From Camelus dromedarius (Eukaryota), in assembly GCF_036321535.1 (NCBI RefSeq), contig NC_087437.1, positions 109,804,001 through 109,864,000 of the forward strand: a stretch of DNA of 60,000 nt. The letters are read 5' to 3'. A program made the position numbers and the translations under genes. How positions within the stretch are numbered: the stretch's first letter is position 1; every line of letters starts with the position of its first letter. Below, in pieces: positions 1 through 12,784 of the stretch. Under the pieces are notes generated by a model. That model was given only the letters and a program-made list of their open reading frames with translations, had not been told where the DNA came from and did no database searches.

Positions 1-299
1 AAGGTTAGAGCCAAAGGAACAAATTTCATATGGAGTCAGATTGTTCTTTTCTATTAAAGTTTGACTTCCTACAAGACTGACATTGTAGGCTGGCTTCCTC
101 CACTGTTTATTTTAGATAAAGTGTTTGGTTTCCTGAGCAGGTCACTGGAGGTTGTGGGTCAGAGTTCTGTTTTTACACATGGATTGGCCATTGTCCATTT
201 GTGTATTCAGTTTCTCATATTCTGCCTCCAGAGTTGCCTATTGTCTGTTTCTCCCCACAGAAACATCAGCTTGGTGTAGGGACAATGTCAGGTGATTTA

Positions 300-400
300 T
301 TATGCAAGGGACCAGGATTGATGTTTATGAATTTCCTAATTCGTAGCATCTTACACATAATACATACTCAATAAATATTTGCTGAACGAAGGAATAAAAA
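300..400 (+). mobile_element. L2 3' end
   Basis: ACTCAATAAATATTTGCTGAACGAAGGAAT, a typical L2 tail. Confidence 0.65.
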
Positions 401-883
401 TAGGGCAGACACGATCTTACCTATTTCCATGAAAGGTTAAATGAAGGATAAGTCACAGGAGGGAGAAAATGGAGACTGAATTATTTAAAGTAATTTCAGA
501 AGCCAATATTCAGCAAATACTCTCTCTCTTCTGTTTTGTTTGTAAAGATACATGATCTCTTGCCTGCAAATGACTTGGAAATGACCTTTAAAACTACTGA
601 GTATCTAAAGCGAGTTCAAGAAAGAAAGAAATCTATGTGGTATGTCGTGCTGTGAAACTGTTGGCCTTAGTGATTAGAAACAGCATTACATTGTCTTCCC
701 CTTCCTAAGGCTGATTTTTGAAAGACAAAGAAATGAGGGGAAAAAGTAGAGTTGTGACGAATTCTAGATAAAAACACCATAGTGAATATGACAGACCTTT
801 GGAACACCCTTCGACACACGGGGTTCATCTTCTCAGCTCACAAGGGACACTCCCACTTGCTTTTAGCTCAAAGAGTAAACTGG

Positions 884-900
884 AGCGCCCCCTGGTGTTC
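884..900 (-). promoter_or_regulatory. Candidate CTCF site
   Basis: - strand reads GAACACCAGGGGGCGCT, close to the CTCF core CCACCAGGGGGCGC; CpG retained. Confidence 0.65.
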
Positions 901-1294
901 GGGTGGCATCACTACTCTTCCTTCAGTTAACTCAAAAAAGAAAGTTGCCACCAAATGTGTATATAATAAATAAAGCCTCCTGACTGTGAGCAAGAGAGAA
1001 GTTTTGAGGTTGTAATCTTTGACACCTAATACTGAATGCTGCGCCTAATCAGTTGTTTTATGACCATTATGGTTTTAGGGCACCACGGATCTGTTAATTC
1101 CCCTCTAAGCTCAGAATTCCAAGTGTTTTCCCCAAAATCTCACCCTGACCTCACCCCAAATACCTGAACATCTATGTATAATCTTTAAGTGGTGTACAGG
1201 TGCCTGCTTTCCCTTCAGGAATGGCTGTATATGATTCAGTGTTATTGGAAACACCTGGGTAACTAATTCATGAGTTTCTGTTATTGCTGCAAAT

Positions 1295-1430
1295 CTGTAA
1301 ATGATAAAACTCTCTAAGAGGCTTAATAACTTGCCCGGGTCTTCACAGCCGGTAGGTCACAAAGACGGGATTTGCGTCTGGGTCTACACAACTCAGTGGT
1401 CTGGATAGTCTGACTAGTCTACCATGGTCT
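1295..1430 (-). mobile_element. MIR fragment
   Basis: GAGGCTTAATAACTTGCCCGGGTC...GGGATTTGCGTCTGGGTC core. Confidence 0.6.
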
Positions 1431-4400
1431 CATTCTTACATGTTTTATCTTGATCTGTTTAAACTCTTGTGTTTTTCATGAACAAAGCAGTCATATCCCC
1501 TCCAACAACATATACATGGATTCTTTACTTTCTAAGGATGATTGTGTGGTCCTCTTAACTGGAACTAAAGTTCCAGCAGTTAAGGGTGCCTCTGGTCCTA
1601 GGGAAAATTATGAGAAATATCCATTATTTAGGTCCTCCAAACCCTGCAATTCCAGTCTACCCTCCCTTCATCATCCATTGCCTTACCGAGGTTTTTGTTT
1701 TTTTTTTTCTCATATGCTTCAAACCTGATACTCTATTTAGCACCATAAAAACTAGCAAGAAACTCCCTTAAAATTAATGAAATGAAAGATATTTTAATTT
1801 TCAAAAGCCCTTTAAGATAACCTAGGGCTCCTTAAAAGTTGAGATCTAGAATAGTGTAGATAGGTAGCAGGTGCTTATTAATTATTTGTTGAATGAATGA
1901 TTCATGTATAAATGCAGTCTACTCGGGGTAGTCTTAAGAAAACTGGGTAACTTTTATAAAAAGGAAAATTCAGGAGATTGATGTTAAGATAGAGAGAAAG
2001 AAGAAGGGTTATGTCAAAACCAGGACATGGGAAAATATAGAGAATTAGAAGGACCTCTGATTTTTAGCTAGATTGTAGGTGCTTGGAGAGAAAGCTTCAC
2101 CACTGTTTAGGGAGTGTGTTTCTCGTAATTCTCTACTTTCACGCTACATTTTTGTTCTCCTTTTAAACAGTGATAGGTAGTGTTTCTCTTCAGTAATAAC
2201 ACAGAAAGTCTCTAGATACTATCTCTCTCATCCCAATAACCAGAACAAGCTAGATAAGTTACAAAATCACCATTTATTCTTTTTAAACCAATGATTATAT
2301 AAAACACTGGGCCTGATTCTGCAGAAGTAGATTATCGTGAAATTAGAAATCCACAAAACACTTTTCCAGCAAAGCCCCATCTCTGCTCTGTGTTTTCTCA
2401 TTTGCACATGAGGTCCAACCCCGCTGAAATTCTGAAGCACATCAATGCACTGAGGGATTCTGTTTACTGGGAACAAATAGTGATGTTCACATCTGCAGTT
2501 AAAGCCCTCTAATTTGCTCTTACGAAGTCACGTAGTTTGGGCAACAACAAAAGAGTGACAAGACAAGGAGAACGAAGAAAACGCTGGGAGGTAGAAAATG
2601 TTCTGTTAAAGTTTGAAAGAAGGTCGGCTTGACGTTAGTTCCCAGAAGTGAATCAGTATGTGAGTTTGTTTCTGCATATACATTAAGTTAACGCAAAATC
2701 AGTTTTTCCAGTTTCTACTCCATAACTATGGATGGTTAAAGGGTGTTAGTCTTAAGTGCCAAAATTGTCAACTTGTCCAGAATACAAAGCAGCTCCACCT
2801 GCCACAGAAATGAAAGTGATGTCAGTACATCTGCCACTGGTGAGAGGCCCAGGCTGGCGGAAAGGGCACTGGCTCTAGGTCCGAGGATGTTTATATCTCC
2901 ACTGACTCCTCCTGTGGTTTGGAACATGTTCTCCAACCTCTCTGAACACCGTTTCCCTCGGGGGAAGGAGCCACTTTTCAATGTTTATGTGAAGATTATG
3001 GGTAACTTTTTACACCCCAAGCACAGTGTGCACGCTTCATTAAAAGATTAACTACAATGATTTTTTAATACGTTCATACTTTTCTTTCTGAATGCTGGCT
3101 ATATGTGAGAAGAGCGATAATTTAAAATTAAATAGCAATACGTGAATATTTCTTGTCTCTTGGGGATAAAGTTTGGGATGATTTCCATTTTTTTCTACAT
3201 TATTTGTTTAATTTTTAAATTGCTAGTACCATATATAATTTTGTATATTATATACACACATATGTGATGTATATATAATTTCATATATTTGACATACAAA
3301 TATATAATATATATAATCAGAAATTCAACAAAGTAGCATATTGATTTTGATTATGAAACAATAAAAATAAAGTTGAGTGTGTTTCCTGCTGTAGATTCAA
3401 AGGACCTCAACACAGAATTTTGGTCTGGCTAATCCAAGGTTTATTTCCAAATAACACATGGTAGCCCCACCATCCCTTATTATTAACAGAATTTGTTGTG
3501 TCGTATGCTTGAGACTCAAGGTCATGTAAACTGAGATGACAGACCAATTCCGTTCCATTCACAGTGATTTAAAGAAACATCACAGTAACTCCAGGTTTGG
3601 GTGTTTTGGATTTATGTCCTAAAGACATAGTAGGCACAAATTGATGCTTCAGGATAATTTCTCAGTTCGTCAGGTTTTCAAAAGATTTATTAATAAAAAA
3701 CTATTGCTTGTAGAATGTGTTTTCAATAAACACTTGTTGCTTTCTGGGTTTACTGCTTAGCTGCATTGCCCTATATGAACAAAACTAGCAAATTCTTCTA
3801 TCATTTATGGACTTGGATCTTATGTCAATGTTCTCCAGATACTTGACAACACCCTCCAGTTCTCTAAGGAAGGGAAATAGAAGAGATCATTACTGGTTGT
3901 CAGAGGTACACAGATACATCTATCCTAAGGTTGGTAGTCTGGCCACAGCAGTAGATACCTACCTGTGTGTGTAAGTCTTGGTGAGTCGAGTGTGAATTTC
4001 TTCTTGGGTGACGTCTGCAGATCATCATTGTGAAAAGGCATAAATGAGAGCCAATGGCATAGAAAGATTCTGGTTTCAAAACAGCACTAAAGACCTTCTG
4101 TTTAGAACAGTTCGTAAAAACAAAGTGAGATCCTTATTTCTGAACCTGATACCATCCCCCTCAAATTCAGACTCTTAGAGATTGCTTGGGTTCTAATATA
4201 CCATCGAGTCCACCTCGTAATTTTTTATTTTAGCAGTGAAGAAATAGATTCAGGAACTAGCCAGATACACAGTTAATTGGGCAAGGCATTGGGATCCTGG
4301 CTTCTTCGATGAGGTTCTGGTCTTCTACATTGTGCCTGATAGATTTTTGGTGGAAGGCTTTTTGATTTAATCTTGATTTATAAAAGCCCTCTCCAACTGA

Positions 4401-4516
4401 GTAATGCCATATGTGTTCTAAGCCAAAACTGCTTTTATGTCACCATTGATTTGCAGTTTACAAGAATAGATGGAACCAAGATGGTACCTGAGTATGCCTG
4501 TTAAAATTTCTAAGAT

Positions 4517-4582
4517 GAAGGAAAGAAAGAAAGAAACAAAGAAGGAAACAAAGAAGCAAAGAAACAAAGAAAAAAAAAGAAA
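4517..4582 (+). repeat. (GAAA)/(AAAC) A-rich repeat
   Basis: Directly visible. Confidence 0.85.
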
Positions 4583-4679
4583 GTTAGCTTTGATCTGAGT
4601 CTTCTCATTATTAATATGACATCTTCTTCTCAGCCCTTATGGTGCAGTGAACTGGGGCAAGCACTCTGTGAAAGTATTT

Positions 4680-5000
4680 CCATTATGAAGTCAGTTGAAT
4701 ATAAAGTAGCATATTGGAGACAAATATCCATAGACTTGATGAAACCAGCCTTTACATCAATTAGTGATAAGCTACTTTTAAAAGATCCAGAATTAATGAA
4801 GCATAATAAATAGCCTGGAAACAGACAGTGAGATATATATGCATTTACTACTTGATAAATAATGCATCAGCAAACTACGGGGTATAGATTGTTTAACAAA
4901 TGGAACTGAAAAATTCGCTACTTGGGAAATTAAAAGTTTGTATTTATCTGTTACTCTGCTAAAAAAAAAAAAAGTGAATTTTAGGGAATAAGATGGCTTA
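4680..5000 (+). mobile_element. Ancient L1 ORF2 fragment
   Basis: AATAAATAGCCTGGAAACAGAC...GATTGTTTAACAAATGGAACTGAAAAA resembles degraded L1 ORF2. Confidence 0.55.
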
Positions 5001-5499
5001 TAAGGATAAATTTTAAAAATCAAAGTCAAAGGGCAAAATGAAATAAAAAACTCCATTGTGTTGTTACTTAAGGGTAGAAAATCGAACATGCAGGTTATAT
5101 TTGTTTAATTGATTTGACACATTTTTTTCTTTGTGTGAGTATTTCCAAAAGCCTTTAAACTTAAAATTTGAAACTTTTTTCAAGCTAGCCCACACTCTTC
5201 ACTGAAGAGAACTAATTTTGCTTGGAAACATGGTAAATCAGATGTCTTTCAATCACGTCTTTATTTTCACAAGTCTGGAAAATATTTTTTGATTCTTCCC
5301 TGTATTTTCTTACTCACCTGTCATTTTTTAGTCCTCTTTTGTTACTTATTATCACATTTTACCATATTTTTATTTTCCTCAGAACTTAATGATCTTTTCT
5401 CACCCTTTTCCTCTACAATCATTTTGATTTTTCTGCCAAGTCAACCACCTACTATTGTTCATATACTGCAATCCTTAAAATATACTAAACTATAAATTG

Positions 5500-5970
5500 T
5501 TTTGATTTTTTACTACGAAAATATTTACTCATTAAAAATAAAAATTAAAGCGCAGGAAAAACTTTAAAGAAACCAATAATCACACATAAGTTTAAATTTT
5601 AATCATTTTATTTTCTTTCCAGCCATTTCCTTTCATGTAGGTGTGTGTTCATGTGTTTGTGTGTGTGTAAGAAAGAGAGAGAAACTATTAATCATGATTA
5701 TGGTGAGTATGGAATTCTTTAACTGTTTTTATTCTACTTTTACAACAATATAGGAGGAATAATATTTAGATCATTAAGGATTCCTCAATAACAGGAAAAC
5801 ATGCAACTGGGTAGACAGATACACCATCATTTATTCAGCCTTTCTCTGTGGGCACGTATCGTTTCTAACTCTTCATCATCATAAGCAGTTCTCAGATGAA
5901 CATGCATTTACAAAACATTTGGGAACATCTCTGATTACCACCAAGCATACATTTCTAGATTATGGAACAT
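5500..5970 (-). mobile_element. Ancient L1ME-like 3' fragment
   Basis: CATCATTTATTCAGCC...GATGAACATGC...CATTTCTAGATTATGGAA resembles the antisense 3' region of old L1. Confidence 0.5.
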
Positions 5971-6004
5971 TTTCTCGTCTGCCTTTTGTCTTATTGTGGT
6001 CTAT

Positions 6005-6707
6005 GGTGGGGAAACATAACTAAAAACAAAAATTTCCAACCCAGAAAACCTGTCCACAAAGGTAGTAAAGAAAAACAGTTTCATAATCAAATAAGCATTA
6101 AACCAGAACGTGAGGTGTGTCACAGGCAATCTGCTAGCCCATACTCTTAAGACATTGCAAAAAGAGAATGAAAGCTCACCTTTCTATAGAGCCACACAAA
6201 TACCACCCATTGCATACAAGTTTTCAAGGTAAATATTTAAGGATTCCTCAAGTAAAAAGGACTTGACAGTGCCTTTGTCACACATAGTTCATCCTAACTG
6301 AACCTGGTAATTAAGGTGACTGTCTGTGTTAGCTAATTTGCTTTATCCAGAGGAGAAAAGATGCTTCTTATATTTTTATGACACGAGGTTGTTTTGCAAC
6401 TTGGTGGGAGATATCTACTAAAGATAGGCTCTCAGGTCTCACAGGAACTGGGAGATAGTGATGTTTACATTTCAGAGGGACTGCACCCAGGTCCTAGAGA
6501 AAGACATTCCTGGCTCCTAGAGCTGACAAAAGACTATCTTTTTTTTGTTTGTTTTTAAGAATTTATATGCATTCCAAAAGAGGAGAGAGTAGTTACAAGT
6601 TTTCTAAAGCAAATGCTCTAAAATACAGGAGAGGAGAGAAATCTCTTCCCCTATTTTCAATAGGGAGAATTAAACCTCTTATATTTAATTTGCATTTTTT
6701 TCTTGCA
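6005..6707 (-). mobile_element. ERV1 (MER4-group) solo LTR, MER67-like
   Basis: - strand begins TGCAAGAAAAAAATGCAAATTAAATATAAGAGGTTTAATTCTCCCTATTGAAAATAGGG, as I recall the MER67 start. Confidence 0.65.
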
Positions 6708-6859
6708 CCTACTTTAGTTTACTAGAATATTCATATTCTTTTTTATTTCATTTTAAATTAAAAATGCACCATCTAAACTATGCCTTTGTTTTATGAAGTG
6801 AGTCCATTTGAAAGAAAAATCTCTCTTGAAAATCTTGAAACCTCACTTTGTGTCTAAAG

Positions 6860-7150
6860 TATATTAAAGATGGCTCCAGATTAGCTGATGCCCCTCCCAG
6901 GTGAAGCAGAGTTTATTTCCCCTTTCCTAGACCCTGAGATGTCTCTGACCAATTGCAAATGGTAGAAGGAACACCAGGCCTCCTAGAAAGATTAGTGTTT
7001 TTTTCTCTTGGTTCCTTAGAGCCCTCAGCCACCATGCTGACTACCTTGTTAGAAAGCCCCACCTGATTTCCTAACCCACAAAAGCATGATATGAAGTTAT
7101 TGTTGTTTTAAGATTTTGGGGTTGTTTGTTACACAGCAAGAAATAACCAG
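6860..7150 (+). mobile_element. MaLR LTR fragment (MLT1-like)
   Basis: Ends TGTTGTTTTAAG...GGGGTTGTTTGTTACACAGCAAGAAATAAC, the MLT1 terminus. Confidence 0.7.
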
Positions 7151-7984
7151 GTTTCTGGGCTCAATGCAGAATCTTTCTGATGTCTTGTCATTCTTCTTTG
7201 CTAATAGTAAAAGCGTCATATCCAGATTCAGTGTTGGACCCCAGCTGGACTGTGAGAGTGGGCTTCTTCCTTTCCCTCAGAGCTTTTCTTGGCTTTAAAG
7301 GAGGAGGGCTGTTTAATTTCTAAAGCATTTCCACAATTTAGCAACTAATAAGTAACAGTTCCTTCTTCAAAGAGAACCTCCACATAGCTTTGAAGAAGCA
7401 TCTACCCGCATTTCTACCTTCAAAGAAAAGCACGTGAAACCTGACCCAATTCAGAAAAAAAAAAAAAAAAAAAGGAGAAAGATTATCCATGTATGGTACT
7501 TGCACAAGTACATTCTCACTAGGTTGCATACAAAAACAAAACAAAAAATCTTCAACCATGGGCTTCATTCCTTCCCACCACCCCTCCCACACCCCAATTG
7601 CAAAACACGGAAGAAACCATTAAAAGAAGAAACCCTGGCTGACAAAGTTAATGATTTTAGAGGCTAGTGGTTAAGAAGGAGGGTGGGGTATCAGGAGTAA
7701 AAAAAAAAAAAAAAAGTAAGACAGATCTGGGTATATGGATGGACAATTTTTTGTTTGTTCTACTTTGCTGCCTGTGTTAATACAGTTAATCCTTTAAAAA
7801 AATAAAAGTAAACAATAAAAGTCAGTTATTTTTAACCCACTGTTAAGGAAGATTGTATAAATTCTTTCTTGAACCAGGACAATACTGTTTGTCTTTTTAT
7901 AAAAGATGTTTTCTGTTTCTAACATTCTCATATAAATGTATTGGCATTTGAAGAGGAGTCAGAAAAAGGGGCAGACAGGGGATT

Positions 7985-8292
7985 TATTGCTGAGTCCAAA
8001 CTCGTTCTGCTCACCGCACGACAGGCCAGTAAATCAGGAATTGAGGTGTTGGGGCAAGGAATAGGGACTTTATTCGGAAAGCCGGCATCCCGAGAGGATG
8101 GCAGACAGTCTTGGAGAACCATCCTGCTCTAGTCAGTATACAGGCTCCTTTTATATGAAAAATAAGGGAGGGGTGTGGTTGATTTTTGTAATCTCTTGCT
8201 GCAGGATTTCTTTGTTCTTGCAGACATCCCCGGGGGCTAGGTCATGGTGTACCTGTAAACCTCCAACAAAACAAAGGTTATTCTCTACTACA
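7985..8292 (-). mobile_element. Short ERV1-like solo LTR (308 bp)
   Basis: GATT 4-bp TSD (7981-7984 and 8293-8296), CA terminus. The - strand has a TATA-like ATATAAAA (8149-8156) followed by AATAAA (8069-8074). Confidence 0.75.
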
Positions 8293-9049
8293 GATTTACT
8301 AATATGGGACAGAGAGAGGATTTACAAGTGAGGGGACTAGCGTGACAAGGAGGGAGCCCACAGACATCTTAGTCTAACAAAGACTAAGTGTCCTCCCCAG
8401 AATGGAGAGGCAGGGCCGGCTGGTGTTCATCTTTCTCACAGCTGGACTGAGCTGACATTGAGCTTGAGCTGGCCCAGAGGAGACGGATGGGTGCAGCTCA
8501 GCTGGTGGCCAGGATAAGCAGCATCAAGGGCTCAACCACACCTGACAATAAAGGATGACAAGGGCTTTGCAGGTGACAAGGTTGGGAGGAAAGAATTCCT
8601 GGATGGCAAAGACATGGCATGGAATCGGCCAAGGCAAGTGTATGGACACAATGGAGCCAGTGGCAGAAGATAAGAAACAAGAAGAATGAAGCTAAATTTC
8701 CAGATGCTCTTTTGTTTTGTTTCTCATGCTGAAGATGTCAAACTTATCTGGGGGACCAGGAAGCAGGTTAGAAACTGAGGATCAACTTTGATGTATTGGG
8801 AGTGGTTTCCTGGACATGGATGTTGAGACGAGTTTCAGAAGACGGAGTCTGAATGCTTCAAACCCTTGTCCTAACTCTTGTACAACCAGTTCTTTCTGTT
8901 TATTGCAAGAATCATGGCCAACCAAGGTTCCTGTCCTTTCCATCTCCCCCACCTTGCAGTCTCTTTAGTGATTCATTGTTTCAGTATTTCCTCCAGATCA
9001 GCTCTACGTGTGACACGGTTGCTGGATCCAGGACCAGCCAGCAAATGCC

Positions 9050-9640
9050 TTTCTTTCTCACTAACAGTGGAAGGCAGCTTTTATTTGGAATAGACTCACT
9101 GGGTTATGGGGTTTGCTCTCTCATTGTCTTTACTTATTAAGCCACCATCTTCTAGCTTCTAGGATTGTGGCTGAAATATTTGAGAGAAGTAGGTTTTTTA
9201 ATTTGTTTGTTTGTCTTGGGTCTTAAGTAATTTGTTCCGATTGGTGAAAGCTTGCATACTTTCTTTTTGCACTTGGAATTTAAGGATTTTTAAATTTAAA
9301 TTTTATTTGTTTGCTTGTTTTCTCAGCACCTCAATGAGTACTTTTTAATCTGCAAGTATCCGTTTTTCTTTTTAAGTGATTTCCCCAGCTTTCATCTCTT
9401 TTTCATCCCTTTCTCTGAATTTGCCTCTCAGGTCCTTGAATTTGTTCTCCAAGTTCTTCCTGCTTTTCCTCATGGATTATGTCTTCTATGTTTGCTCTCT
9501 GCTCAGAGGTTTTGTTCAGAGCTTTTCTTTCTACTTGATCTTCCAAACATCCAGATTTTACCACAGCAGTGACCTCCCTCAAAGCTCTGTTCCCTCCAGA
9601 CTTTTTAAATATGGAAGTTGTGTTATTTTAGGAACAAGAA
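9050..9640 (-). mobile_element. HAL1 / old L1 ORF1 relic
   Basis: Pyrimidine-rich + strand with TCTTCTAGCTTCTAG and CAATGAGTACTTTTTAATCTGCAAG motifs typical of antisense L1/HAL1 ORF1. May extend to ~10300. Confidence 0.55.
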
Positions 9641-10748
9641 GCTCTTTAATCCCGTGACTCGATCTGCCTTGGGCTCTTACAGATATTTGTTTATTTGTGT
9701 AAGGCATCCTCTCTCGCTCCCAGGAGATCAGTTCCTCAAAGGCCCCTTGCCAGTTGCGGGCACTCAGCCTGCACCTCCTTTTTCTGGTTGTTGAGCCCCA
9801 TTTGGGGTTCTCTTAAGTGATTCTAGGGTCTCTTCTTGTGGAAGTTAAGTTGTTGTAACTAACAATAGCCCACCCTGGGGTGGCGAGGCTTCTTATTATT
9901 GGCTGGTGGTCTAAACACCTGAAAGTCGTCTTGCTCCTGGGGCCTGAGAAGGACCCTCTGCATGCCCCCAGCTCTCTCCCTAGGTATCCTCATTCTCTGA
10001 GACCCCAGGACCAGCAGGAACCCACCCTCAGCGTGAGTCTCCCACAGTTTTGCTGCTCTGATTATCCACCTTGAGACAACACAGGTGTACAAATGCGCCC
10101 AGAACTCTTTATGAAGCAGGTCAGGCCCACATTTCTCTCCCTGCCCTTCTGGTTCCCACACAGGGCTTGGGGCCTCGCCTTGGGCCTCTGCACCAGGAAT
10201 CCCTTGTTTCTCATTATTCTCAGAATTGAACACAGTACTACTCTTTGCTCCTGGAATCTGGTAGAGCCTGAAGTTTCACAGAAAGCAGGACTCTTTGCTC
10301 TGCCTGTTGGCTGGGCCCCAGCTGCTGCTCTGCTTGGCAGAGCAGATGGCGGGATCATAGTGGGGGGAAGGGTGCAGGGATATTACTCCAGCAGCTCTGG
10401 GAGGCCTCCTCAGGACAAGGAGGCCTGGTGAATTTGAAATACGATATTTGAAATATGATAGGAGCCTAAAAATTAGAATATATTCCAAGGGGAAAGATAA
10501 TGGATGTCAGGCACTGAGAAGCAGTAAATGATGTGGAAGTTGGGAGCGGGGAGAGGGGAGAGCTTAAATGTAGCAAAGACTGATGATGAGGTCGACCCTG
10601 GGATTCAGGGGGACCTGTGACAGTCACAGGAAGGCGTGGAGATGGGGCAGTGAGATGATAGTTATTGTGCAGAAAGTTAATTCTGAGAGGGATGTCTTTG
10701 GACAATATTACAGTAGGAAGAGCACAGTTTCTTGAATTAGGACATTTT

Positions 10749-10758
10749 ATATATACAT

Positions 10759-10789
<31 letters not shown>

Positions 10790-10806
10790 TTATGTATGTA
10801 TATACA
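10749..10806 (+). repeat. (TA)n(TG)n compound microsatellite
   Basis: Directly visible. Confidence 0.9.
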
Positions 10807-11098
10807 TGCCTGAGACTTGGTGTTCTCATGATTTCACATGCAATTCATAGAATTCTTAGAGGCTTGATGGGGTAATGATGAGGTAAAGGAAGAAAAGGCC
10901 AAGCCCCTGGTAGATTTTCAATAAAGGCTACATTCCTCACTCTCGTCTCTTTTCATCAGATTGCAGATTCTTTGAGAACAAAAACTGTGTCTTGTCTACC
11001 CCCATATTCCTAGCACTTAAAGTAATGTAACTGATGTCTACTTTTTCAGTGCATGAGGGAGTTACTTGGGTACAGAGTCAGCAGAGTGGTTCATGGTG

Positions 11099-11117
11099 GG
11101 GACAGCAGGTGGCACAG
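11099..11117 (+). promoter_or_regulatory. Candidate CTCF site
   Basis: GGGACAGCAGGTGGCACAG matches CCASYAGRKGGCRS except at one position. Confidence 0.45.
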
Positions 11118-12056
11118 TATGAAAGAGAAAAAAGTCCAGCTCTAAGGTGAAGGCACAAAACTATGTCGCCTGCCTCCCTGTGTTGTTTCCATCACACCCC
11201 ACTGTTTCGCTGTAAGAATGACATTATGAAACAACATTGTAAAATGTCCTTTTGCACACAATCAAACCATTTCCTAATACCAGGGCACCTCTTTCAGGAT
11301 ATTAAAGAAAACCTTTGTCGTATGAATTATTTCAGTTTCTGGACATCAGTTTTATCATTGTTATCATACTGATATTGCACAGATATTCCTGTGTGGTAAA
11401 GTTTGCTATGAAGGTTACAAAACAGATTTTCCTTCTTGTCTATAATCTTCTGCTAAGCCTTTTGGATTTACCTTACAGGCAGTGGAGCATTCCTACAAGG
11501 ATCATGGCAGGGCGTGATGGGGTCTGACTTGCATTTTAGAAAGAACAGAGATAGGAACAGGGATGAGACTGGAGGAAGGAGATCCTGCAGGCAGAACACA
11601 CGTCTAGAAGGCTTTATCCATATGTAGGAGAAATACGATGTCTGTAAGGGTGGAAATTTGAAGATTTCAGAGATACTCAAGAGGTGATGCCATAAGGAAA
11701 ATTAGCCATGTTGTAATTCTGTTTTAGGGAAAAGAAGTGAAAAAATAATAAATTGAGTTGAGGACATTCAGGAGAGCTTTCTAGGTAAAAAGGATGTTTG
11801 AAGGCTGGCATTTAGGAGATTTTTTTTTTTTCCTCCAAGATACTCAGTTTTTCTTTATTTCTACTCTCATGAATGTTTTGACGCAAAGGGGTAAAATTGC
11901 CTAGGATAAATTAACACATAGCTATTGGAAAATCGCCAATCCCAGAAAACATGCTACAAGTTTTCCTAACTAACAGTAGGTAGGCATGCCAATTTCACAT
12001 ATGAAAAGCAGTCTGAAAACTAAACATTGCTGAAGACAGCCTACCCTCCCTGAAGC

Positions 12057-12412
12057 AAGACAGCACGAGCTGTGAAGTCAGACAGTCCTGATTTTCTCTC
12101 CAGACTCTCTTGGGTCATCAGTAAACTGTTCTTTGGTGCCCTCATCTGTGCATTAAACTAATGATATCAATCTCATAAGTGATTTAATGATATAATTCAT
12201 ATAAAGCAGTAGAGATCCTAGTGTAAAATACATGGCCTCAAGGAGGGAGGGCGTAGCTCAGTGGCAGAGCGCATGCTTAGCATTCATGAGGGCTTGGGTC
12301 CAATCCCCTGTTCCTCCATTAACAAATAAATAAAGTAGAATAAATAAATAAACTTAACAACCTCTCCCCTCAAAAAAAAATACATGTCCCTAAAACATTG
12401 CCCGCTATTATT
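12057..12412 (+). mobile_element. MIR hosting a younger SINE
   Basis: AGCACGAGCTGTGAAGTCAGAC...CCTCATCTGT...GCTATTATT; the MIR 3' end resumes after the SINE. Confidence 0.65.
12245..12380 (+). mobile_element. tRNA-derived SINE (camelid Vic-1-like)
   Basis: tRNA-like head with A box (TAGCTCAGTGG) and degenerate B box (GGTCCAATCC), (AAAT)n tail, flanking AAAATACATG(G/T)CC duplication. Confidence 0.85.
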
Positions 12413-12784
12413 AATTAATACTATTTCTCAGAGGTAAAAATATATTTAGCTATAGAAAGGTCTTTTTTAATAGAAATGGCTATTACATATGTAATATTTA
12501 CAGTATACAGATTTTTTGGAATCTATAGTGTTATCTTAAAAATCACAAATACATTATCTGTATGAAATATTAGTGTATGAATCTGATAATTATAAGGTAT
12601 ATTATTGTTAAATGATATGTGATACTTTGTATTTTCAGAAATTAATGCTGAATCTACCTTTCTCTTTAAAATGCAGCCTTGACATTCTTTTTTAAAATTG
12701 CAAAGCCAAAAATATCAGGTTTATTTATAAGCTTTTTACACAGTTATGAAATAGGAAAAATGGAGAATAATGAAAGAATATCAA

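Noticed and set aside
9315..10488. Cluster of 64-124 aa ORFs as a possible gene or processed pseudogene
   Set aside because: No recognisable protein; overlaps or adjoins a HAL1/L1 ORF1-like relic.
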